Assembly: GCF_003945235.1 (NCBI RefSeq)
Contig: NZ_RSDW01000001.1
Location: forward strand, 1,590,001 to 1,622,000
Length of the DNA: 32,000 nt
Reading direction: 5' to 3'
Source of the DNA: Edaphobacter aggregans
Lineage (GTDB): Bacteria > Acidobacteriota > Terriglobia > Terriglobales > Acidobacteriaceae
A model generated the notes under the pieces. That model was not told where the DNA came from. It saw nothing but the letters and a program-made list of their open reading frames with translations, and searched no databases. How positions within the stretch are numbered: the first letter of the stretch is position 1; each line of letters opens with the position of its first letter. The position numbers and the translations under genes were made by a program. Below are positions 8,394-15,618 of this stretch, piece by piece.

Positions 8394-9722
8394 ATGTCCA
8401 TGAAAACCGCCAGCCTTCCTGACTCGGGCTTCACCACCACCATCCCCGAAAAGTCGAATGTCCGCTGGTTTGTCTGTTTCCTTCTCTTCGCCGCTACGAC
8501 CATTAACTACATGGACCGCTCGGTCTTTTCGCTGATCGAGCCACTGCTGCATCTCCCTTTCATGGGCTGGATTCCCGGCCTTGATGCCACACATCAGCCT
8601 GCCTACGACATCAACTTTGGCCGCGTCCTCATCTGTTTCCAGATCGCCTACGGCGTAGGATTCCTCTTCGCTGGTCGTCTGATTGACAAGCTTGGCACCA
8701 AGACCGGTTACGCTCTCGCCGTCTTCGTCTGGGGCCTGGCATCTCTCAGCCATTCGCTCGTCACCACCGTCATCGGATTCTGCATCGCCCGCATCTTTCT
8801 CGGCCTCGGTGAGTCCGGCAACTTCCCCGCCGCCATCAAAGCCACCACCGAGTGGTTTCCCTCTGAAGAGCGCGCCCTCGCCACCGGCTTATTCAACTCC
8901 GGCTCCAACGCCTCTGCCTTTATCGCTCCCATCCTCATCGCTGCGGTGACGGCACGCTTCGGCTGGCACGCCGCCTTCCTCTGCACCGGCTCCATGGGAA
9001 TGATCTGGCTCGTCGTCTGGCTCCTATTCCCCTACAACAAGCTTCGTCGCGGAGCCACCCAGACCCAGGCCAACCTCGCTCCCGTCACCGAGGGAGGCTC
9101 CCTCTATGCAATCCTGTTCCGGCATCGAGGCTTCTGGGCCTTCTTCCTCGCCAAAGGCCTCACCGATCCCATCTGGTGGTTCTATCTCTTCTATCTCCCC
9201 AAATTCCTCAACGACAACTACGGCCTCAATCTAAGCCACGTTAAATACCCTCTGTTCGTCATCTACACTGCCGCGAGCATCGGCTCTATCTCTGGCGGCT
9301 GGCTCTCCGGCTTCCTTATGAACCGCGGCTTCAGCATCAACGCCGGACGCAAGACCGCACTGCTAGTCTGCGCCCTCTGCGTCATTCCGATCATGTTCGT
9401 ACCGCACATGCACACGCTCTTCCCCAACAACGCATGGCCTGCAATCGCTCTCTTCTGCCTCGCCACCGCCGCACATCAAGGCTGGTCTGCGAACCTCTTC
9501 TCCACCCCAACCGACATGTTCCCCTCCACCGCCATCTCTACCATCGTCGGCCTCGGCGGAGCAGCCGGAGCAGCTGGCGGAGCAGCCTTCACCTGGCTCG
9601 TCTCACATTATTTCTCTCGTCATCCTCTGCTCATCTTTACCCTCGGGGGTTCCGCCTATGTTGTGGCGCTCCTCATCTTTCAAATCCTCGTTCCGCGTCT
9701 CGGAGTGCGACGTAACGCCTAG
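8394..9722 (+). CDS. MFS transporter, anion:cation symporter family (hexuronate/sugar-acid ExuT/DgoT-like)
   Basis: About 12 predicted TM segments. The N-terminal motif is FLLFAATTINYMDRSVFS, followed by LGLGESGNFPAAIKATTEWFPSEERALATGLFNSGSN. Confidence 0.8.
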   Translation: MSMKTASLPDSGFTTTIPEKSNVRWFVCFLLFAATTINYMDRSVFSLIEPLLHLPFMGWIPGLDATHQPAYDINFGRVLICFQIAYGVGFLFAGRLIDKLGTKTGYALAVFVWGLASLSHSLVTTVIGFCIARIFLGLGESGNFPAAIKATTEWFPSEERALATGLFNSGSNASAFIAPILIAAVTARFGWHAAFLCTGSMGMIWLVVWLLFPYNKLRRGATQTQANLAPVTEGGSLYAILFRHRGFWAFFLAKGLTDPIWWFYLFYLPKFLNDNYGLNLSHVKYPLFVIYTAASIGSISGGWLSGFLMNRGFSINAGRKTALLVCALCVIPIMFVPHMHTLFPNNAWPAIALFCLATAAHQGWSANLFSTPTDMFPSTAISTIVGLGGAAGAAGGAAFTWLVSHYFSRHPLLIFTLGGSAYVVALLIFQILVPRLGVRRNA

Positions 9723-9836
9723 ACTCTTCGCGGCATCTGAAAGAAAGACAGCCCATCGAGCATCAGCGCATCTCGATGGACTCAAAACCCAACACCTCGT
9801 GTTACCCTTCTCCCACTTACGCGCAAGGAGCTTGAT

Positions 9837-10622
9837 TTGGCCGTGAAAAAAGAGGTCCACAAAGAGGTCCACGACGACGCAACCACCCACAGCCAGCTCA
9901 CCATGCAGGTCGTCGAGCACGTTCGCGCCCTCATCGCCAAAGGCGAAGTAAAACCCGGCGACCGCCTCCCACCCGAGCGTGAACTAGCCCGCGAGCTCAA
10001 GATCAGCCGCTCCAGCCTTCGCGCCGGCATCGGCTTCCTCTCCGCCATGGGCGTTCTCAAGAGCCGCCACGGCGCTGGAACCTTCGTCTCCAGCGGCCCC
10101 CCCGCCCTCGACTCCAGTTCCCTCTCCGTCCTCGGAGCACTCCACGGCTTCCTTCCTTGGCAGATGTTCGAAGCCCGCCTCGTCCTCGAGTCCAACGTAG
10201 CCGCCCTCGCCGCCGAGCGCGCCACCGACGAGCACATCGCCGAACTAGCCGAAGAGGTCGCCGAAATGTACGCCGCCCTCGACGATCCTCAGGAGTACCT
10301 CATCCACGACGTCCGTTTCCATCGCACCATCGCCCGAGCCGCCGGCAACCCCATCCTCGGCGCCCTCATGGAGACCATCACCGCCAACCTCTACGGCTAC
10401 CGCAGCAAGACCGTCCAGAACGCCCAGGACCTCAAAGAATCCGCCGAGATGCACCGCGAGATCTACCGCGCCATCCGCTCCCACAACCCCGCCCAGGCCC
10501 GCCAGACCATGGAGCAGCACCTCAAGCTAGCCAGCAAAGCCCAGGCCGCCGAGACCGACCTCACCGCCGTCCCACACCCCGACGAAGACACCCCCGAAGC
10601 AATCCCAACATCTACCACCTAA
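9837..10622 (+). CDS. GntR-family transcriptional regulator, FadR subfamily (FCD ligand domain)
   Basis: Winged-HTH sequence GDRLPPERELARELKISRSSLRAGIGFLSAMGVLKSRHGAGTFV, with a helical C-terminal FCD-like domain. The TTG start lies 7 nt after AAGGAG. Confidence 0.85.
   Translation: MAVKKEVHKEVHDDATTHSQLTMQVVEHVRALIAKGEVKPGDRLPPERELARELKISRSSLRAGIGFLSAMGVLKSRHGAGTFVSSGPPALDSSSLSVLGALHGFLPWQMFEARLVLESNVAALAAERATDEHIAELAEEVAEMYAALDDPQEYLIHDVRFHRTIARAAGNPILGALMETITANLYGYRSKTVQNAQDLKESAEMHREIYRAIRSHNPAQARQTMEQHLKLASKAQAAETDLTAVPHPDEDTPEAIPTSTT
9849..9872 (+). repeat. perfect 12-nt tandem duplication (AAAGAGGTCCAC x2) in the 5' end of the GntR gene
   Basis: Read directly from the sequence. It encodes KEVH-KEVH. 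Confidence 0.9.
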
Positions 10623-10636
10623 ACCACCGTCAATAG

Positions 10637-10786
10637 CTGTCGTTGCCTCTGCGGTTGCCGCCGTTGCTTTTGTCTTTGCCGTTGCTTTTGCATCTGTTGC
10701 TTTGTTTGGTTGTCATCCCGTAGGGATCTGCTTTTGCCTTTGCCGTTGCCGTTGCCGTTGCTTCTGCCTCTGCAGTTGCTTTTGGC
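10637..10786. repeat. degenerate short-period repeat tract (GCCGTT / GCTTTT / GCCTYT units) flanking a GTCATCCCG element
   Basis: The tract reads ...gttgccgccgttgcttttgtctttgccgttgcttttgc... and ...tttgcctttgccgttgccgttgccgttgcttctgcctctgcagttgctttt... It includes an exact (GCCGTT)x3 at 10742-10759. Confidence 0.6.
10710..10738 (+). repeat. dispersed element copy 1: TTGTCATCCCGTAGGGATCTGCTTTTGCC
   Basis: It matches 23617-23645 at 27 of 29 nt. It contains the small palindrome ATCCC-gya-GGGAT. Confidence 0.7.
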
Positions 10787-10965
10787 CCCTAGGTACCCCA
10801 AGGCTTTAGCCTTGGGTCTCTCAACAAGACAGCAGATTCGGGGGGCTTCAGCCCCTCGGGTATGCCTTCCTATCCCATCCTCGATCATCCCGACCGAAGC
10901 ACTTCCCGTCCGACCGCCATAAATAGGGACTTACCCCTCCCTGCTAGACTAAAAATCGGCACCCC

Positions 10966-13563
10966 ATGTCCCACAACACAAAAAAGTTTTACCTGACCAC
11001 TCCGATCTACTACGTCAACGCGCGCCCGCACATCGGCCACGCCTATACGACCATTGCGGCCGACGTCATCGCGCGCCGCCACCGCCTCCTCGGCGACGAC
11101 ACCTTCTTCCTCACCGGCACCGATGAGCACGGTCAAAAAGTCGAGCGCTCCGCCGCCGCCGCCGGCCTTTCCCCGCAGCAGTTCACCGACCAGGTCTCTG
11201 CCTCCTTCCGCGCCCTCTGGGACCGCATGGGCATCACCTACGACGACTACATCCGCACCACCGACCCCCACCACAAATCCGCTGTCCAGAAGCTCTTCCA
11301 ACTCCTCCGCGACCGCGACGCCATCTACCTCAGCACCTACACCGGCCAATACTCCGTAGGCGAGGAGATGTTCGTCGAAGGCCCTCCCGGCACCATCGGC
11401 CCCGACGGCAGGCCCACCGAGACTGTCACCGAAGAAAACTACTTTTTCCGCCTTTCCGCCTACCAGCGCCAGCTCATCGACCTCATCGAGAGCAACCAAC
11501 TCGAAATCCAGCCCGAAGTCCGTCGCAACGAAGTCCTAAGCTTCCTCCGCGGCGATCTCAACGCGGTCACAGGGCGTGTCTACGATGAGGCCCAATTCGC
11601 TGACGCACAACATCCACCATCCGGCACCATCGTTCCCTCGAATCTCCCCGCAAACCCGCTAGAGATAGCTTATGAGCGGGGCTGGGTCTTGAAGAGCGCG
11701 TCAGAAAAGTACTACGTCCCCGGCGCTCTTAAAGACTTCTCCCTCTCCCGCACCAGCGTAAGCTGGGGCGTTCCCGTACCCGGCGACGAGAAGCACACCA
11801 TCTACGTCTGGTTCGACGCGCTCATTAACTACATCAGTGCCATCGGCTACGGCAGCGACGACCCCGAACAGCAGAAGAAGTTCGAGCACTACTGGCCCGC
11901 CGACCTCCACCTCGTAGGCAAAGAGATCATCCGCTTCCACTGCGTCTACTGGCCCGCTGTCCTTCTCGCCGCCGGACTGCCGTTACCCAAGGCCATCACC
12001 GCCCACGGCTGGCTCCTCTTCGAAGAATCTAAAATGTCGAAGAGCCGCGGCAACATAGTCCGCACCGAAACCATCCTCGACGCCTTCGGCACCCTCTACA
12101 CACCCCCTCCAGTCCTCGCTCAAAACGACGTCATCCTGAGCGAAGCGCAAAGCGCGAAGTCGAAGGACCCCGAAGGACTCAACACCACAACGACCTCTCG
12201 AACCTTTTCGCCGCAAATCTCCGCAGCCCCAACAGCCCCCGCCAAGGCCGAACAAGACCTCTTCGCCGCCGACGTCCTACGCTACTTCCTACTCCGCGAA
12301 ATCCCCTTCGGCCAGGACGGCAGCTTCAGCTTCGACGCACTAGTCCAGCGCTACAACAGCGACCTGGCCAACGGCTACGGCAACCTGGTCAGCCGTACTC
12401 TGAATTTGATAGTTCAGTACTTCAGTTCTGCCAGCGTAATGGGAAGTCCCAGAGGCATTGCAACTTATCTGAGGCTCTCGGAAGATAACGCGGAGATCGT
12501 GGCGCCCTTTGACCCGGAAGTGAAAAGTCAGGCTGAACAAACTGTCAGAATCTTTGACTCTCTTGTTGAAGGAAATGATTTCAGCAGGGCATTAGAAACC
12601 GTTTGGGCGTTGGTCGCCGCCACTGATCTGTTTGTGACTAAATCTGCTCCTTGGAAAACATTACGCGAAATTGCAAACGCCGAAGCAAGCGGAACCATTG
12701 ACCTACTTTCGCACGAACACGGAGAACAACTCAAAACGCTTGATCGCATTTTGTATGTTTCGGCCGAGTCCATTCGAATTATTACCGCGTTGCTTTATCC
12801 TGTGATGCCTCACTCAACAGCCAAAGTCTGGGCCCAACTAGGCCTCGGGGACATCGAAGAAGCCGCCAGCAAAGGCGAACTAAAAAACCTCCAATGGGGA
12901 GGCCTCAAACCCGGCACAAAACTAGGCCCACTCTCCCCAATCTTCCCCCGAGCCCCCAAGGAACTCATCCAACTCATGACCGACATGGAAAACCCAATCA
13001 CCCCCACGCCATCCAAGCTAGTCGACGAAAAAACCACCCACACCACCCCCCCGCCCGAAGACCCAACCCACCCCGGAGCGGCCCCCCGCACCAGCACCCT
13101 CGCCGAAGCAAACCCCGGAGCCACCGTAGCAGGCAGCGCATCCCCCACCACCGAGCGCCCCGACACCCCGCACCACACCGAAGCACCAGCATCCGGCATC
13201 TTCGCAGCCGAAGCCAAGCCCGACACCCCACAAATCGTCATCGACGACTTCGTCAAAATCGATCTCCGCGTAGCCAAAATCCTCGTCGCCGAGCGCATCC
13301 CCAAGGCCGACAAGCTCCTCCGCCTCGAAGTCGACCTCGGCTACGAAAAGCGCCAGATCCTCTCCGGCATAGCCGAGTGGTACACCCCCGAAGAGCTCAT
13401 CGGTCGCCGCATCGTCATCATCGCCAACCTGGCCCCTCGCAAGATGCGCGGCCTCGAGTCCCACGGCATGCTCCTGGCCGCCTCCAACGGAGAAAACGGC
13501 AAGCCCATCCTCGCCACCTTCGCTGACTCCGAAGACATAGAGCTAGGCTCCCGCCTCAAATAG
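10966..13563 (+). CDS. metG: methionine--tRNA ligase with a C-terminal Trbp111/EMAP-type tRNA-binding domain; unusually long (865 aa)
   Basis: HIGH motif PIYYVNARPHIGHAYT, KMSKS motif KMSKSRGN and FGQDGSFS. The anticodon-binding helices include APWKTL. The C-terminal FVKIDLRVAKILVAERIPKADKLLRLEVDLG...IIANLAPRKMRG is the tRNA-binding OB fold. Confidence 0.95.
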   Translation: MSHNTKKFYLTTPIYYVNARPHIGHAYTTIAADVIARRHRLLGDDTFFLTGTDEHGQKVERSAAAAGLSPQQFTDQVSASFRALWDRMGITYDDYIRTTDPHHKSAVQKLFQLLRDRDAIYLSTYTGQYSVGEEMFVEGPPGTIGPDGRPTETVTEENYFFRLSAYQRQLIDLIESNQLEIQPEVRRNEVLSFLRGDLNAVTGRVYDEAQFADAQHPPSGTIVPSNLPANPLEIAYERGWVLKSASEKYYVPGALKDFSLSRTSVSWGVPVPGDEKHTIYVWFDALINYISAIGYGSDDPEQQKKFEHYWPADLHLVGKEIIRFHCVYWPAVLLAAGLPLPKAITAHGWLLFEESKMSKSRGNIVRTETILDAFGTLYTPPPVLAQNDVILSEAQSAKSKDPEGLNTTTTSRTFSPQISAAPTAPAKAEQDLFAADVLRYFLLREIPFGQDGSFSFDALVQRYNSDLANGYGNLVSRTLNLIVQYFSSASVMGSPRGIATYLRLSEDNAEIVAPFDPEVKSQAEQTVRIFDSLVEGNDFSRALETVWALVAATDLFVTKSAPWKTLREIANAEASGTIDLLSHEHGEQLKTLDRILYVSAESIRIITALLYPVMPHSTAKVWAQLGLGDIEEAASKGELKNLQWGGLKPGTKLGPLSPIFPRAPKELIQLMTDMENPITPTPSKLVDEKTTHTTPPPEDPTHPGAAPRTSTLAEANPGATVAGSASPTTERPDTPHHTEAPASGIFAAEAKPDTPQIVIDDFVKIDLRVAKILVAERIPKADKLLRLEVDLGYEKRQILSGIAEWYTPEELIGRRIVIIANLAPRKMRGLESHGMLLAASNGENGKPILATFADSEDIELGSRLK
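12130..12169 (+). repeat. GTCATCCTGAGCGAAGCG...GTCGAAGGACC element embedded in-frame in metG
   Basis: The sequence is gtcatcctgagcgaagcgcaaagcgcgaagtcgaaggacc. It shares the GTCATCC head with the intergenic copies at 10713 and 23620 and translates as VILSEAQSAKSKD. Confidence 0.55.
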
Positions 13564-13708
13564 CCCATAAAAAGGCACCGTCAAGCCAAAATTTGGCATA
13601 TCTTATTTAAACCAAACAACATTAAACCCCAAATAGGGGGATGGGGGGTACCCATCCCCTGCTTCACCGCACAGCTTTGACGTCACATCCCTGGCGTACG
13701 ATGGCGGC

Positions 13709-14155
13709 ATGAAGACGATCAAGATAACGTGTGCAATTGCGCTGTCGATGTGTGTACCCGCTAGAGCACAAACGACCCCCACGCCAGGTACAACGGAAGC
13801 GCTGTCACAGCCGAAGGTGTACGCAATAGATCAGTCACCGGTGAACAAATCGCCCAACGGCACCGAAAGCCGGAGCGTGCTCCGAGGAACACTCGCAACA
13901 GGAGAGTCGGTAGCGGCACACGAATCAACGCAGCCCGTGGGCGCGACCCCAGTAGCCCTTCATCCAATTCACCACTCCGAGCTACTCATAGTCCGCGAGG
14001 GAGAAGTAATGTTCGACCACGACGGCACATCGGAAAAAGCTGGCCCCGGAGACATCATCTACGTCCCCCTCGGCACAGTCCACCGAGTACGAAACGTGGG
14101 AACCGTACCAGCAAAATATGTAGTCGTAGCAATCGGCGGAGACGTGAAGAAGTAA
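13709..14155 (+). CDS. secreted cupin-domain protein (paralog 1)
   Basis: Sec-type signal MKTIKITCAIALSMCVPARAQ. Cupin motifs: HPIHHSELLIVREGEV and GPGDIIYVPLGTVHRVRN. Confidence 0.75.
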   Translation: MKTIKITCAIALSMCVPARAQTTPTPGTTEALSQPKVYAIDQSPVNKSPNGTESRSVLRGTLATGESVAAHESTQPVGATPVALHPIHHSELLIVREGEVMFDHDGTSEKAGPGDIIYVPLGTVHRVRNVGTVPAKYVVVAIGGDVKK

Positions 14156-14190
14156 TTCGAAGATGCCAGCGGTGGACCGGGTCGAGTACG

Positions 14191-14688
14191 ATGGCGGGCA
14201 TGAAAAATTTGAACCGTCGTGACCTTTGTGTCGCCCTCTCCGCATTTGCGGCGATGGGCAGTGTTTCAGCTTCGGCTCAGGCACAAGCGCAGGCAATGCC
14301 CGGCGAAAAGGTGCTATCCACACCCGGAGCCTTTCCCTTCGACTCGCTAACGCCGAAGAAGACCGAGAACGGCGTAACGCGTCCGGTAATCCAGGGAGTC
14401 TTGCCCACAGGTGAAGCCGTAGAGCTGCATGAGACAACCCTCCTACCCGGCCATATGCCCCACCCAGCCCACAAGCACCGCCACTCCGAATTCATGATGA
14501 TCCGCGAGGGCACAATCGAGTTCGACAACGACGGCAAGAAGGAACGCGTAGGCCCCGGAGGCGTAATCTTCGCCGCCTCAGGCATCATGCACGGAATAAA
14601 AAACGTAGGCGACGCCCCGGCAAACTACTTCGTAATCGCCATCGGGCGCGAGTCTCCGATGACCCCGGTTGAGGGTACAGCTCGCTAA
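14191..14688 (+). CDS. secreted cupin-domain protein (paralog 2, Tat-like signal)
   Basis: NRRDLCVALSAFAAMGSVSASAQA is a twin-arginine-like signal. Cupin motifs: HKHRHSEFMMIREGTI and GPGGVIFAASGIMHGIKN. The start is probably the ATG at 14200, because the leader GTACGATGGCGG is shared with paralog 1. Confidence 0.75.
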   Translation: MAGMKNLNRRDLCVALSAFAAMGSVSASAQAQAQAMPGEKVLSTPGAFPFDSLTPKKTENGVTRPVIQGVLPTGEAVELHETTLLPGHMPHPAHKHRHSEFMMIREGTIEFDNDGKKERVGPGGVIFAASGIMHGIKNVGDAPANYFVIAIGRESPMTPVEGTAR

Positions 14689-14722
14689 ACCGTCATGCAG
14701 TCGATGTACCCTTAAGCAACGC

Positions 14723-15562
14723 ATGCTCATCGACTCCCACGCTCACCTGGACTTCTACACAGACGACCGCGAAGACATCCTCCGCCGAGCCCAATCCGCC
14801 GGCGTAGAAACCATCCTCGCCATAGGCATTGGCGAAGGCCCCGACACCATGCACCAGGCCCTCGCCTTCGCCAACGCCCCATCCACCCCCGATCTCCCCA
14901 AAATCTACGCCACCGCCGGCATCCACCCGCAAGAGGCCGCGCAAGCCACCGAGGAAGCCCTTGCCAAAGTCGCGCGACTAGCCGCCGACCCCAAATGCAT
15001 CGGCATCGGTGAGATCGGCCTCGACTACTACCACGTCGAGAACCCCGACATCCCCGTCCAGCAACTAGCCTTCACCGCCCAGATATACATCGCCTCCGAA
15101 GCTCGCAAGCCCATCATCATCCACTGCCGCACCTCCGAATTAGCCACCTCGCAAGCCAAGGCCAGGTTCGGCCCCGCCGACGCCTGGCAAGACACCCTCG
15201 ACCTCATCACCCAACACTGGGCCCCCACCAAACTCCCCGGCATCATGCACTGCTTCTCCGGAGACATCGAAGAAGCCCGCCGCTCCCTCGACCTCGGCTT
15301 CTACCTCTCCTTCGCCGGCAACCTCACCTACCCCAAGGCCGTCGCCATCCGCGAAGCCGCCGCCTTCGCCCCCGCCGACCGCATCCTGGTCGAGACCGAC
15401 GCCCCCTTCCTCGCCCCCATCCCCAACCGAGGCCAGCGCAACGAACCCGCCCTCGTCACCCACACCGCAGCAGCCCTCGCCGACCTCCGAGGCATCTCAC
15501 CAGACGAACTCGCAGTCATCACGACAGAAAATTTCCATCGCCTCTTTCCCACAACTCGCTGA
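14723..15562 (+). CDS. TatD-family metal-dependent hydrolase
   Basis: MLIDSHAHLDFY, then GIGEIGLDYY, IIHCR, GIMHCFSG and VETDAPFL. The ORF is open from 14669, but the family N-terminus begins at the ATG at 14723. Confidence 0.85.
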   Translation: MLIDSHAHLDFYTDDREDILRRAQSAGVETILAIGIGEGPDTMHQALAFANAPSTPDLPKIYATAGIHPQEAAQATEEALAKVARLAADPKCIGIGEIGLDYYHVENPDIPVQQLAFTAQIYIASEARKPIIIHCRTSELATSQAKARFGPADAWQDTLDLITQHWAPTKLPGIMHCFSGDIEEARRSLDLGFYLSFAGNLTYPKAVAIREAAAFAPADRILVETDAPFLAPIPNRGQRNEPALVTHTAAALADLRGISPDELAVITTENFHRLFPTTR

Positions 15563-15618
15563 ACCCCAACACCCTGACATAATAGAAACCGGCAAAGCGC
15601 CCAGCAGAGGAAAATATC

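Noticed and set aside
9753-9779. The hairpin CCATCGAG-(11 nt)-CTCGATGG after the MFS transporter gene, considered as a terminator.
   Set aside because: The stem is only 8 bp, the loop is 11 nt, and there is no T-run (it is followed by actcaaaaccc). This is too weak to call.
10619-10922. Two ORFs in the GntR-metG spacer: 10619-10888 on the - strand (NGNGNGKGKSRSL...QRQRQKQRRQ) and 10710-10922 on the + strand (LPLPLPLPLLLPLQLLL).
   Set aside because: They are direct translations of the short-period GCCGTT/GCTTTT repeat tract and the GTCATCCCG element. I saw no start-site context and no protein-like composition.
13585-13660. A sigma-54 promoter (TTGGCAT at ~13593) and a rho-independent terminator (GGGGATGGG-gggta-CCCATCCCC) after metG.
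   Set aside because: The GG element is not followed by a TGC/-12 element at the right spacing (the sequence there is ATCTTATTT). The hairpin has no downstream U-tract, so I report it only as a structure within the cupin-island finding.
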